61,616 bases of DNA from Stramenopiles sp. TOSAG23-2. Its lineage: Eukaryota. This document shows positions 9,801-18,867 of the stretch, piece by piece (position 1 is the stretch's first letter; the number at the start of each line of letters is the position of its first letter). The DNA lies in NCBI GenBank assembly GCA_900128395.1, contig LT649248.1, forward strand, positions 1-61,616, read 5' to 3'. A program made the position numbers and the translations under genes. The notes under the pieces are model-generated. The model was given only the letters and a program-made list of their open reading frames with translations, was not told where the DNA came from and did not search any database.

Positions 9801-11197
9801 ATCTAATTGTTTTTGGTTTAAATGAATTAAAGGATATTGATAAAAAAATTGAAGATAGCACGGTGAATCAATCCGATTCAAAGGAAAAGAATAATGAAAA
9901 ACAGAAATTGTTAATTAAACGTTTTAATTCTATGAAAAAAGTGTTCATTTCATTAACTTTATGCATTTGTGATATGTTTACTACATATGGACTTAAATTT
10001 CAAGGAAAACTTAAGGAAGGAGAAACGGAGATAACAAAAGTTATCATTGATATAATGACCTTTATCCCACCATCTTTGTCACATATGAAAGTCATTATTG
10101 CATATTTTATTTCAATATTTGGTATTCCAGAATTAATTGTGACAAGCTTGAAAGAGTTTGTAAATATGTTGATTTCAAATAATGGTAATAAAAAATCACA
10201 ATACATGAACAAAAGGGTACATTTAATTTTTGATGCCTTTTTTAGTCAAGAAAATATTTTGAAATTACAAGATCTAATGCGGTCATATATTCGAACCGTG
10301 CGTAACAATTTGGGTAAGGATACCGGCGAAGAAATGTCAGACATTATTGAATTTTTCAAAACAAACATAAGAGATATGAGTACAAGAATAGCAAAGTCTC
10401 TAGGTGATGAAATGTTAAAAGTATTCCAAAAAACATATTTTCCAGACATAAAAGCGCCGACGATAGATGGAGCAAAAAATCTAATGGTTACCTTGTATAA
10501 ATTTTCAACAATGAAAGATAAAACTAATGCTATGAAAAATATATTAATTCAATTTCTCGATACGAAATATGGCGCATTGGATGATCCAAAACAAGCAAAG
10601 CAAAAAATTAAAATTATTGATTTTATTGAAAAGTGCGAAGAAATACGTAAGATTATTAAAAAGTTGCGAACAGATAAAACGAAGACAACTAAAATTTCAA
10701 AGGAAGAAAAATATCGACGAATATTCAAAGAAGTTGATACTAGTGGAGATGGTTTAATAGATTTCGATGAATTCAAAGTTTTAGTTAACAAGACTTTAAG
10801 CTTAAGTATGGCACCTCAGCGTTTAAAGGATATGTTCTCTATGTGGGATACTAATAATGGTGGTAATCTTGATATCCATGAATTTGAAAAAGCTATGGAA
10901 GATTTAGAAGGCGAAATTACAAAATCATGCATACACAAACTTGGTCTATCCGAACAAACCGTCTATCCAGTTTTATTTTGTCTTGCAGTGTATATGATTG
11001 GAGTCCTAGGCTTTATTTTAATGGGTTTTGCGGCATTTACCGCTGGCACAGCATTTAGTGCTGGTATCGGCTCTATCCTGCCATTGGTTGCCGGGAAATC
11101 AGCTAGCTTCGGGAATTTTATTAAAAATGTCAATTTTGAGGAACTAGTGGAGAAAGTATTGAAAACAGATTTTCAAGGGAAGGAAGAAGATGAGTAA
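881..11197 (+). CDS. Giant multipass membrane protein (3438 aa) with SH3, Tudor-like, fibronectin type II, acidic/Cys repeats and a C-terminal EF-hand pair
   Basis: Uninterrupted 10.3-kb ORF. SH3-like DFDG..QLSFKKG..RGFI (~1178-1351); FN2 TVDGLPCIFPFKYKNKMYYDC..PWC..WGVC (~3323-3610); many hydrophobic segments; EF loops DTSGDGLIDFDEF and DTNNGGNLDIHEF. Confidence 0.85.
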   Translation: MSDDSGDFRLPKRKWRKSRKSKGAKSKRKVEEQSNKTLQYENAIIDENDIELGIKRSSTDVEKSYWEEKEVEKSYDEEKEVEKSDGEEKQEIVENKVLHIVKMDFDGADEDHQLSFKKGAIVLLDDNSDDNDMVEVYLQNDPSQRGFIKKDHLEVYDAKIGDIISVYRESWGDDTYVGKVLNIGNDGRMEVEFEDETLNDIIMDEICHVETDRFNKALYATNKLFTKLYEATGAEQSLNDIDEIINGVEIKEIEGETVFQKFPLPEIKVMAENRKGHKKAMMCCHILIILSCIFLLLFHFKAQRKINTGDFIPYGKDLFIRSNGCDVNFIHLITAGHMDKEETTSAQAQAKGTFMKVTETLDLMYLINYYGSLLAHVTEDVDPCLDSEEKIEQFKDNYCISYIHNELYFGQFARYFDPTLLTTDGSIVKIVETDKKVEIVAFEALDSKTFCEVNVWLSSGLNNVTIMQTGRPIKVNKIDNSMVHVKETCECEGGTLFSQKQVCLCENEAERTTESKLRNKKTSNRVSDSKFIVKQEIYEYSKNGNWRLNIDNLQINGTNLDLNMTNVKVKKISMFVQSGNIQIHGLQLNSSGVTSCNNGDETDIRGRCNHTIKVGIDLGKVNGIGIIKANGQNLCAPNGPKSCEGNLHLTMVTPTRIKYSQNNGIVCGAAHGIKVEHSNCKVPTQANRNKNYNNDNNNNASNSSTDIDSINPGDPNSDIGSIDIEAVYNSTNNNTNDANSNYGDTSTCEGQAILCTTGVIDFNADIDFSFDTPLMGCTEDEEIENIETFVNGGGLYFGVVKYNATQTQFVNNRHTVDGLPCIFPFKYKNKMYYDCTYEDYDLPWCTTNFDSILNPKRLNEARMEDIKTCPSNGTYINGTYLNSTYSNGTYLPECDPNYQQLDGNDQWGVCETYEKIEGYAYKLKNVDKIRFDKKSNALLKDVIPFENLLLNDPIIASIEMVSKTSARGRSFWLYATSPSHLLVRNDGLLINSLGLVSARYFYPGSPIRVSPGLCPVEVLPDGMLTTHQMGEVSKSMANKIGVSGLSRLAWFGNFEFLPFLRGSTVWKQEWIYRKDGSFFPQLGFLEQELAVGTMFFNAKEGGGDFLSGYVETSITDDPLSAAALFALVLSYGLSGIWFIMSFFIVFPALFNYINVKFAEYVRKRRKLSITERRLELDKNKKKRDHKSLDETIATGKKDNGDFWEGAKHLDDAVSMLMDELDPEQSLNDNNAGSDKRNGKKDKGKKKPGVSCGYVHNSVLWLAAIIISVIIFVVFLSVEPDGTMWTFYWTYPFIIFTLLTLFLTRESSYINCCKWILEPPETAVKSKTVIADLHDKFNLLKMIRSNYRAKSVIDRNKIKIEEITEIFDELKHKLNDEKYVESYRKKINYFCELTSEKVDEITRKMEIIDHAWLNIELNKAYYVDKLTFWEIPVIMYQIFVAPKLKNSLNGFVHDEIINDDHLFNKWFWNQSLMYQYIITVLFIVRKIGMKTFPYVDLSLKNILELFKRENFFEFELYSKYSGAGSGDDSYDESSSSDVEESDGDVDEESDEEYDEESDEENDEEFDDDESDEDDDESGEDSVAESDADEEWDSDSCFRRCLCCFSGEKSDSEPERCPICKKEKDPDPESDPESEYELDSNDGSVDSDEVSDSDEVSDSDDVSDSDEGSDSDEVSDSDEVPDSDSCCRRCCHRGEVSDSYYCTCPIGVGAYFRFHDIRCFVNYYSTHQFSKSSYMVRGYKEVEESKGVTLKKFKLTYDSYCDTKGLAKMPLNTKSINDVCQKFGIEYDKNKEIFKKVKLLKNFKTTRGGFENEMDDSKEKFFFGPICFLVYIFFSSWFFMLFLVYGIIKRFFPAQQQLFLSLRIAALLSFSMPLVMIVFLYHYATYDYFTLPFYQYDDFLYRPYKIYSTSFLGFGQVILWLSVFLLILGSADLLLFYLLGEVNYSTKIVYAFKRGEKVLKKEDSMGFVKKYFGNCCTSNCCTSNCCTSNCCTSKGKKSNKNDTENSTETKANGQDTQKKDNLKKGISYEVINVNVKKDGSIDGYELREHVRQKIQGAAYCGIFSTNYRKICKYQLGDIVSVVSKKKNDDEEEKNGNKKGEYQYQLVDYKKWKRKRKKWKRQKEPQEAKEGDGETYDWEQNGWKRVFTKTMQEIVPNYRLDIKNIWYLLWYVSKFLQAFINFFFLLVLDFAISILLAYVTMVFTWWILGAVVNPERILAFASAVVVFIGTIKQMVTDLKSMKEEATTKIKKVVEKMIQDIIAKSSSMSKAIAKNVKLPKLPGAFSSLDMNALEIYSLVKQDGGVKKLSKMVVAASFQEFVTKEKIKKDSDTYSLVMIVQELVECLLLKKSEQLNAFGKVASKMILLLLNSGGKNKTQNEQKSLEDDKNDTEIIHKLLQSLVVLGIESKDNVTVRRAITSFEECFFLIIEKENINADFMKYVFVFLKMITADLKILQSCMKRVTNLFDSNPETGKNDKEQVIIRIQNISVNLLKLMISFSSLNFMNVVIKNVLLNGEVKIGEEFFDLRFVEKFEKEFFKFVEITYKSRGKISEVERAGENIIKIFVNNSMQKLTNNIKKDGKKASIVKVVRPLGKEIAKATGQMLHQIIEDTTSKGNVQKKNTAKSVTAADLLNFFKNILSHMMDIMSDNSINNYMGKEAHGKFVKEIWQPIRLDVNYDLVKPVEKQFRNIFSKLLIFLKDKANETEEKEGKKNLISLKMELFAFFLNMFFGPKKEGSREENHNHSNKYFVNAVMNLGIIKNNKIKVDKVKKMIDTLKDIVKTQLYLKLCNECVECGKARKDKRKNYCKDCRDKKNEKEKIKVVSDRKNRIEKIKKTIKPIFDTLREMQSGLAKFLKDDIKDEEASNGKIEKLNSLDLALDLVATYINALIEFSISYLKQEMKSGLDKIKSWSKSKTKRTKQTETEGENKNCVDTVIDLLNRTNKYIEKVKEAFEKAIDEKKTKAYSGIKEGLDNIYNLIVFGLNELKDIDKKIEDSTVNQSDSKEKNNEKQKLLIKRFNSMKKVFISLTLCICDMFTTYGLKFQGKLKEGETEITKVIIDIMTFIPPSLSHMKVIIAYFISIFGIPELIVTSLKEFVNMLISNNGNKKSQYMNKRVHLIFDAFFSQENILKLQDLMRSYIRTVRNNLGKDTGEEMSDIIEFFKTNIRDMSTRIAKSLGDEMLKVFQKTYFPDIKAPTIDGAKNLMVTLYKFSTMKDKTNAMKNILIQFLDTKYGALDDPKQAKQKIKIIDFIEKCEEIRKIIKKLRTDKTKTTKISKEEKYRRIFKEVDTSGDGLIDFDEFKVLVNKTLSLSMAPQRLKDMFSMWDTNNGGNLDIHEFEKAMEDLEGEITKSCIHKLGLSEQTVYPVLFCLAVYMIGVLGFILMGFAAFTAGTAFSAGIGSILPLVAGKSASFGNFIKNVNFEELVEKVLKTDFQGKEEDE
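1058..1147 (+). repeat. Coding 30-bp tandem repeat x3 (EVEKSYxEEK)
   Basis: Three imperfect copies of ga(t/g)gttgaaaaaagt..gaagagaaa. Confidence 0.8.
5810..5926 (+). repeat. Coding 18-bp tandem repeat x6.5 (DSDEVS)
   Basis: Repeated gattcagatgaagtgtcc with minor variants. Confidence 0.9.
6794..6853 (+). repeat. Coding 15-bp perfect tandem repeat x4 (NCCTS)
   Basis: aactgttgcacatcg x4. Confidence 0.95.
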
Positions 11198-11651
11198 AAA
11201 AAAAAAAAAAGAGCTTTAATAAAAAACGTCGTAAAATCCAACATATTCGTACACCTAAATATAAAAACTGCGGTGGTGCCCAAAAACATTCCCCCACATT
11301 TTATAATTTACGGTAGCTATATTGCAGTTAATCGTATACTGCATGTACAAGTTTCGGTATTTTGAATGCTATTTGCCTGCTATTTATATTAATTGGTTTT
11401 TTTTTGTCTTCTTCTCGGCCATTAATTATTCATTTAATTCTTCTTCATTTAATTCATTTAATTTACAGACTTACTTCAAAAATTTGAAATATTTTTTAGA
11501 TGCTCGAGATACGTCTGTCTATTGTGTCATAGATATAGAAACGAATATAAGCGTGTGTATTATTCCGTGTGTTTTTTTTAATCTTTTTTGTTTTCTTCTT
11601 CTCTCTCTCTTTTTTTTTTTTTTTTGTGGTTCAGAATAATTTTTTACAAAG

Positions 11652-14069
11652 ATGATGGAAGAAAAAAATATTACATTAAGAGTTACAATTGGTAGAGCTT
11701 TGCGTGGCAGTGGAAGAATTATACATACAACATTGAAAGCAAATGTTAAAAATGGTAATCATACAAACAATTTTTGTACAAATATATATAATGTTTTAGT
11801 CAATAATTCATATTGTAAACCAAGTATAATCGATCAAGGATACGTTCCATTTGCATTAAGCTTTACAAACAATGATTCACTAAAAATAAATGAATCAACA
11901 CGCGATACAACACAACACGGTAAACAATGGAAACAATTGCAAAATATTATTGAAATAAAATCTATCATCCAAGTAATATCAACTATGTCATCTTCATCTT
12001 ATTTAATTGATATACGTTTAGTACGAAAAGATATTGCTACTGATTTTGGTAAAAAGAAGATTGAGAACCCAAATCGTACTTCATCAAAGTCATCATCATC
12101 ATCATCATCATCATCATCGTATTTTGGTGTTGGTATTGTAGGTGAGACGAAAGATGCACATCATGGTACATTATTACGAAGTTCATATCAATATGGTGCA
12201 TCTTTTATTTGCACAATTGGTGGAAAACATAGTAAACATACCATGCGAGATACAGACACAAGTAAAGCATGGTGTTACATTCCGATATTTTCCTATCCAA
12301 CTGTTGAAAAATTAACAAATTGTGCACCATATAATTGTCCATGGGTAGCTTGTATTGATGGACCAGGTGGCATCCCATTAAATGAATTTAAACATCCACA
12401 ACGAGCATTGTATTTATTTCCAGGAGACGATGATACATTATTGCAAACAATTTTACCAAAATGTAAATTTCATATTTCCCCACCACGATCGACAAAATAC
12501 AAAGGTGCAGAATTAACAACTTCTCCAATATTTGGAAGTATGGTATTGTATGATCGTCATGTGAAAGAAAATTCCTATAAACAACTATTGAATATTGGTT
12601 CTGCTTCAAAAAATCATAAACGAAAGGCAGCAACAAATAATAATAATCAAGTATCTTTACAAAAAAAAAGTAGAAAAAAAAAAGGTAATAATACAATGAT
12701 GATGGATGTTGACAACGATGACGATAAAGATGAAGACGAAACGTCTATTCATAGTGTACGCGAATGGGAAGAAAAATATTATAATTATAAAAATGTGTTA
12801 CATGTAAATAAAGAGAAAGAAAAAACATTGAATCATCTTGAACAAAATCAAATGAAGCATTATATTGCAATATGGACAAATCATGCTTATAAAAATAGAT
12901 TAGCAGTATATTTACGTGATATATACAATTTATATATTGTTGCACATTCAAATCAATTATGTATTTTCAATAGTGTTAGAAATAATAATAATAATAATAA
13001 TGATGACAACAACAACAACAATGTAAATGAAAATTATACAACATTAGAAAAATTATGCCATGATAGTTTACCCTTACGTGCAATGAAATTTTGTATTATA
13101 TATAATCACATAGTAGATAATACAAATCAAATATGTCAACTCATTGTAAATCATTATGATAGTATTAATAATAGTAATAATAATAATACGAAAGATAATA
13201 ATAGTAATAAGAAAATAGTATATCGTATACAAACACGTCCAAATACTTTGACAAATAAAATCATTCCATTATTACCAGATAAAATAGAATTAAATCCAAA
13301 AGTATTTACACATGTAATTTATATAGCATTACAAGACTTTTCCATTAAAAGTACTGATACTACTAATAAGGATAATAATAATAATACATCATTATTATTA
13401 TTGAAATATTTTGTTGGAATCGTTGATAAAAAATTTAATTATAGTACATCTAATGGTTCAAAATTAGGACTAAAATTTTTCGAAAAACCAAAAATATCAC
13501 GTGCATATTATAAATTACATGAATTGGAACAACGTAAGTTAGTACAATTTGTTAATACTAATAATATGAATAACAATAATAACAACGCCAATGAAAACAA
13601 AATTATATCATTAGCAATTGATATTGGTGCTTCGCCTGGTGGATGGACTGAATTTCTAGTTGAAAAACAAAATCGTATGGTATTAGCAATTGATCCTGGG
13701 AATATGGATGAAAAATTAATGAAGAATCCTAATGTAATACATATTAATAAAAAAATGGAAGATTCGATGGAGATAATCAATTCGTATGCATCAAATACAA
13801 GCAAATATTCATTAGATATGATCGTATGTGATATGAATATGGATCCAAGAGATTCTGCACGTATATGCAGTCAAGTTGTTCCATATTTAAAAACAAATGG
13901 AATATTAATATTGACAATTAAATTGGTATTACATGGTAAAAAAATGTACGAAGAATTTTTAAATGAAACATCAATACTTTTATCAAATGCTGGATATAAA
14001 ACTGTTAAAGAATTATGGTTGTTTGCAAATGGTAGACATGAAAGAACATTAATTGCATATAAAGAGTAA
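11652..14069 (+). CDS. FtsJ-family (RlmM-like) RNA 2'-O-methyltransferase with a long N-terminal extension
   Basis: C-terminal ISRAYYKLHE, AIDIGASPGGWT, VLAIDPG, VCDMN, LTIK motifs of the FtsJ/RlmM fold. Confidence 0.8.
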   Translation: MMEEKNITLRVTIGRALRGSGRIIHTTLKANVKNGNHTNNFCTNIYNVLVNNSYCKPSIIDQGYVPFALSFTNNDSLKINESTRDTTQHGKQWKQLQNIIEIKSIIQVISTMSSSSYLIDIRLVRKDIATDFGKKKIENPNRTSSKSSSSSSSSSSYFGVGIVGETKDAHHGTLLRSSYQYGASFICTIGGKHSKHTMRDTDTSKAWCYIPIFSYPTVEKLTNCAPYNCPWVACIDGPGGIPLNEFKHPQRALYLFPGDDDTLLQTILPKCKFHISPPRSTKYKGAELTTSPIFGSMVLYDRHVKENSYKQLLNIGSASKNHKRKAATNNNNQVSLQKKSRKKKGNNTMMMDVDNDDDKDEDETSIHSVREWEEKYYNYKNVLHVNKEKEKTLNHLEQNQMKHYIAIWTNHAYKNRLAVYLRDIYNLYIVAHSNQLCIFNSVRNNNNNNNDDNNNNNVNENYTTLEKLCHDSLPLRAMKFCIIYNHIVDNTNQICQLIVNHYDSINNSNNNNTKDNNSNKKIVYRIQTRPNTLTNKIIPLLPDKIELNPKVFTHVIYIALQDFSIKSTDTTNKDNNNNTSLLLLKYFVGIVDKKFNYSTSNGSKLGLKFFEKPKISRAYYKLHELEQRKLVQFVNTNNMNNNNNNANENKIISLAIDIGASPGGWTEFLVEKQNRMVLAIDPGNMDEKLMKNPNVIHINKKMEDSMEIINSYASNTSKYSLDMIVCDMNMDPRDSARICSQVVPYLKTNGILILTIKLVLHGKKMYEEFLNETSILLSNAGYKTVKELWLFANGRHERTLIAYKE

Positions 14070-14208
14070 CGATTTGTATGTGTGTGTGTTTAAATAATAT
14101 CTAGAGAGATATGCTAAGAGTAATGTTTCTTTATTTTCACACATCACTCAATATATTATATATATTTTTATACACCTCTCTCGACGACATACAGTATTAA
14201 TATATATA

Positions 14209-14403
14209 TCAATTATTTTTTCTTTTTGGACCTATATTATTATTTGACTTCAATCCATTATATAATCCTACTTCATTTTCATCATTTTTTTTAATTACTT
14301 TTTGTTCTTTTTCTTGTAAATCTGTATATACATATGCCAATACACCACATAATACCCATGCTGCTGCACTTTGTGCGTTTGTCATGTTTCTAAAAAATAC
14401 CAT
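14209..14403 (-). CDS. Small single-TM protein (64 aa), function unknown
   Basis: ATG start, one hydrophobic segment (AAAWVLCGVLAYVY), charged tail, fills an otherwise empty slot between genes. Confidence 0.55.
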   Translation of the reverse strand: MVFFRNMTNAQSAAAWVLCGVLAYVYTDLQEKEQKVIKKNDENEVGLYNGLKSNNNIGPKRKNN

Positions 14404-14871
14404 TTTTATAAATCCTAATAATCTTTTAAAATATAAATTGAATTTTTATTATTTTCAATTTAACTTCATACACAAATATTATAACTTCGAATATTAGAGA
14501 ATTGTATATATATTGGGTGTATATGATATAATATCTTTTTATAATTTATATTATTAACTAAATATTATTTCTCTACATTGAATAATTTTCTACTCTATAT
14601 ATCTAATTATATGATGTTTCCATTAATATTGATAGCAAAGTAGTATAGAAAGATGGATGAGAGATGATGTTAATTGTAAATAGTTAGTATACCTGTGGTA
14701 CTATACATATATAGAAAAGGTTCATCATTTTCAATTATTAAAAAGTTGTTTCTTCAGCCAATAATAAATTTTAATTTAAAAAAAGAATTTTATAGAAAGG
14801 AGAGGAGGCAGGAGCAGAGGAAAATGCATATAAACGTAAATCGACATACGCACATGAGAATATGTTGGCAT

Positions 14872-15862
14872 TGCAACGAATAACAAAAAATATTAACAAA
14901 TGTTATAAAAAGAATGATGTAAACATTATTTATAATACACGACTATGGTTATCAACAACAACATCATTATCATCTAATAATAATAATAATAATATTAATG
15001 TAAAAAAAACAACATTTCAAAATGGAGTTACATTTAATGAGACTAGTAATAGTAATAATGATAATGATAAGACATTAGTAATTTTTTGTGGATGGATGTC
15101 TTCTACTGATAGACAATTGAAAAAATATCTAGAATATTACCATGGGAAAAATTTAAATACCTTGCAATTTTCTGTTGGTGTCCCACATGTTTTCAATCCA
15201 ACGTTTGGTACAGAACATATGAAAGATATTTTAGACATAACAATAAATACAATAAAACCCGAGCAAATTATATTTCATCATTTCAGTATTGGTGGATTTT
15301 TATATGGACAGATGTTACGTGTATTAATGGATGATCCAATGAAATATGAGGAACAAATCAATCAGAAAATTAAAGGACAAATCTTTGATTCACCACCAGA
15401 TATGAATTCAATACCGTAAGTGATATAAAAATTCCTACATTGTACATGTCCATCATCAATTTCAATTTTCTAACAAAACAACATTATTTTCATATATATT
15501 ATAGCGAAGGACTTGCGGCTCATTTTTTTCCATCAGAACAAAATCCTTTACGATTTTTAGTTAAATTTACTATTGAAATTTTTATGAAAATAACTGCATC
15601 TACAAATGGTGTTGAATGGAAAGCATCATCAAATGCATTTCATAATAATTATTTAAAACATGCACCATCGTTATGGTTTTATTCAAAAGCAGATCCAGTT
15701 TCAAGGTTTGAAGATTGCGAAACTGTCATTAATAAATGGAAACATTTAGGAATAGATGTGACTGCAATTCGATGGGATGATACGCCACATATTCAACATG
15801 GAAGAAAAGATCCAGATCGATATTTTGGTGAATTGGATACATTTTTAACAAAAGTGTTATAG
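14872..15862 (+). CDS. TMEM53/DUF829-like alpha/beta hydrolase-fold protein, two exons (intron 15416-15504); start codon uncertain
   Basis: LVIFCGW, FHHFSIGG, IFDSPP, WFYSKADP, WDDTPHIQH motifs. GTAAG...ctaac...TAG intron joins the frames as ..NSIP-EGL..; the ORF track starts exon 1 at a TTG (14862), so the 5' coordinate is approximate. Confidence 0.8.
15416..15504 (+). other. Spliceosomal intron (89 nt)
   Basis: GTAAGT donor, TTCTAAC branch-like site, TAG acceptor; removal restores the frame. Confidence 0.85.
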
Positions 15863-16172
15863 GAAAAAGAAGATAAAAATGTGATATATACACACACATC
15901 ATGTAAATGTGTATTATGATATTATGAGAATGCACATGTAGCGTTTTACTTTTTATACACGCACACAGAGATATAAAATTTTTTTACAGGTGTAAACATT
16001 AAAATAAAAAGTTTTTTTTAATTTTAACTATGATACGCACACATCCTCTCTTGTCCTCGATCATCTTTTCTATGCATATCTAGATCTATATTCATGTTTT
16101 TTAATGTTTTTCATTTTTTATTAAAAGTAAATTGCATATAATGTGTATATATATATATATACGTATATAAAA

Positions 16173-17036
16173 TCAATCAAGATTTGTTTTGCTTACAACA
16201 TCTACGAAATCCAAAACTAATGCCGAAACATTAGCAGATGCTTGTGCACTATAATGTAATGTTTCATCATGTGTTATATGTTCAGATGTTAAACCAGATG
16301 CTAAATTTACAACAATTGATAATGCGGCACATTTCATTCCACAATGTCGTGCAGCAATAATTTCACCAACTAATGACATACCAACTACATCTGCACCTAG
16401 TACGGTAAATGCGCGAATTTCAGCTGGTGTTTCAAAACTTGGCCCTGTACAAGCTAAATATACACCATCATGCAATGCTACATTATTTTTTTTCGCACAA
16501 TCATGCATAATTTTTTTCAATGCTGGACTATATGCATCCAACATACTTGGAAATCTCGGTCCAATTGGATCATTTGGACCAACTAATGGATTGCAACCTT
16601 GCATATTGATATGATCCGTTACGGATACAATGCTGCCCGGTCCAACATGTTTGCGTAACGATCCAACTGCAGTTGTTGCCAAAAATGCTTTACAGCCAAG
16701 TAATTTCATGGTGTAGATTGGTACTAGAACTTTTCTACAACTACCACCTTCGTATAAGTGTACACGTCCTTGTAAACATGCCACTACGACACCACGCAAC
16801 GTACCAATAACCATATTACCAGCATGTCCATGAACTGTACTAACAGAAAAACCAGGTAAATCACCATATGGAATTACTACAGGATTTTCAATGCTTTTTG
16901 CAACATCTCCCATGCCAGATCCTAATACAATTCCTATTACTGGTTTTAAATCTGTTTTGGAATTAATAACGTCACATGCTTCTTTCGCCCACGCAGAAGG
17001 TAATTTTGTTGTTGTTGATTCTGTCACACTTGACAT
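16173..17036 (-). CDS. PNP: Purine nucleoside phosphorylase (trimeric PNP/XapA type)
   Basis: GIVLGSGMG, STVHGHAG, QGRVHLYEG, GPSFETPAE, GADVVGMS, VNLASG motifs. Confidence 0.95.
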   Translation of the reverse strand: MSSVTESTTTKLPSAWAKEACDVINSKTDLKPVIGIVLGSGMGDVAKSIENPVVIPYGDLPGFSVSTVHGHAGNMVIGTLRGVVVACLQGRVHLYEGGSCRKVLVPIYTMKLLGCKAFLATTAVGSLRKHVGPGSIVSVTDHINMQGCNPLVGPNDPIGPRFPSMLDAYSPALKKIMHDCAKKNNVALHDGVYLACTGPSFETPAEIRAFTVLGADVVGMSLVGEIIAARHCGMKCAALSIVVNLASGLTSEHITHDETLHYSAQASANVSALVLDFVDVVSKTNLD

Positions 17037-17308
17037 TTTATTGTTATTATTTATTATTAATTAATTATAAATAAAAAAAAAAAGTGAAAAAAGCAGATAG
17101 CAATTCGTTTATATATCTTCTTTCAAATTATGAAAATATAAAAAGTAAAGATGGAATAAATATTATATTGTATCTTATTATTGTATTTTATTATAATTGT
17201 GTTCGTTCGATCTATCTTTTATATATGCACCTTTCTCTGCACACATGTAATATTTTATTAATATTTATCCATAATATATATGTATAAGTTGTGCCTTTTC
17301 CAGCCTTC

Positions 17309-17540
17309 CCCGATATAATTTTTACTGTGCCGGCCAGTCGTAAATTTGTGGTACAAATTTGTTGGTATACTTAAACACTATATTACCTATCAAATACACA
17401 AATTAATCGGTTTTCAGGTTTTCGAGTGGTTGAGTTTTGGATTAATTTGTGTATTTGATAGGTAAATATAGTGTTTAAGTATAAAAGCAAATTTGTACCG
17501 AAAATTTACGACTGGCCGGCACAGTAAAAATTATATCGGG
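17309..17540. mobile_element. Foldback/MITE-like element with ~100-bp inverted repeats
   Basis: 17309-17408 (cccgatataatttttactgtgccggccagtcg...caaattaatc) is a near-perfect reverse complement of 17440-17540, with a 31-nt spacer. Confidence 0.75.
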
Positions 17541-18314
17541 TATATAAATTAAAATAAGCAAGGTTATACTAATACTACCAGGTAAATACCAGGTGCAAAG
17601 TTGAAAGTTGAAGAACCTTCTCTTTACGACATTTAGTACGATAGAATATGTACTTAAAGGTATGAACCTATACCTAGCAAAAAAGAGAAGACAAAATGAC
17701 AAAATGACAATGTACTATCCCCCTTAACTACAAGGTTCACTCCCTTTAAAATTGAACGTTTAATATATGGAGTAAAATTAAAATCACGTTTATTTGTAAT
17801 GTACAAATATAATATTAGATACAACAACCTTTTGTGTTTTATACGGTATAATTTTGTTTTATTCTCTTTTTTTCTTGTAATCGCACATATACGAGGCGTA
17901 TACATATACACACATCTCTCTACTTTTACGTTTTATTTTGGTTATGATGTAACGCGACTCTGACTTTTAAAATTGAATCAAGGATCGAAACAACATTAAG
18001 GATTTTTTATATTATCTCCTGGTACTAATGCTGTAATGCTATACACATCATGTCATATTTTTTTTTGTCTCTATCAAAACATCTTAGACTTTTTACCCTA
18101 CTCTACCTCCAAAAACAACCAAGCAAAAAGTGCCCAACGTTATTATTTATTATTATTATAAATACATATATAGATTTTTAATATACTAATACTGTCCGGA
18201 GGATTATTTTAACAGAGATAGTAGTAGTAATATCAGAAGAGATTATATAGAAAAAAACAAGAGACGATATAGATTTATATATAGACATATATACAAAACA
18301 ATCTAGAGACAACC

Positions 18315-18836
18315 ATGTCGTTACCATCAAGACGTTCAAGACGATTGCCTGGCAATGGCAGTAGCAGTAGTAATAGAACACCAATATTAACGGAAAGGGA
18401 ACAATTAGTAAAAGTGAAAAATATGTCTATAACATTATCCACACGTCGTAGTAGTAATAATAATAATAATAATAATAACCCCTTATCTTCTCGGAGATCA
18501 GCAATGGCAGTATCAAAATTTTCATCTAGAGCATTAAAAAAGAAAAATATACCATCCGCAAGAAGTAAAAATGGATCAACATCACGTAGCCGTCGTCGTC
18601 GTCGTCCACAAAGTGCACCTCGATTACGTACTACTAATAGCAATCCAAATAATAATAATAACAATAATAGAATATATATAGATGATAATTTATCATCATC
18701 AACCAAAGATAAATATAAAGTATCCAGTAGCAGAAGAAATGTAAAACAATCATCAAGATTAACAACATCAAGAATCCAAGAGATGAATAAACAAAATAAC
18801 AGTAATAATACACCTCTTGTTGAATGGAGTATAAAA

Positions 18837-18867
<31 letters not shown>

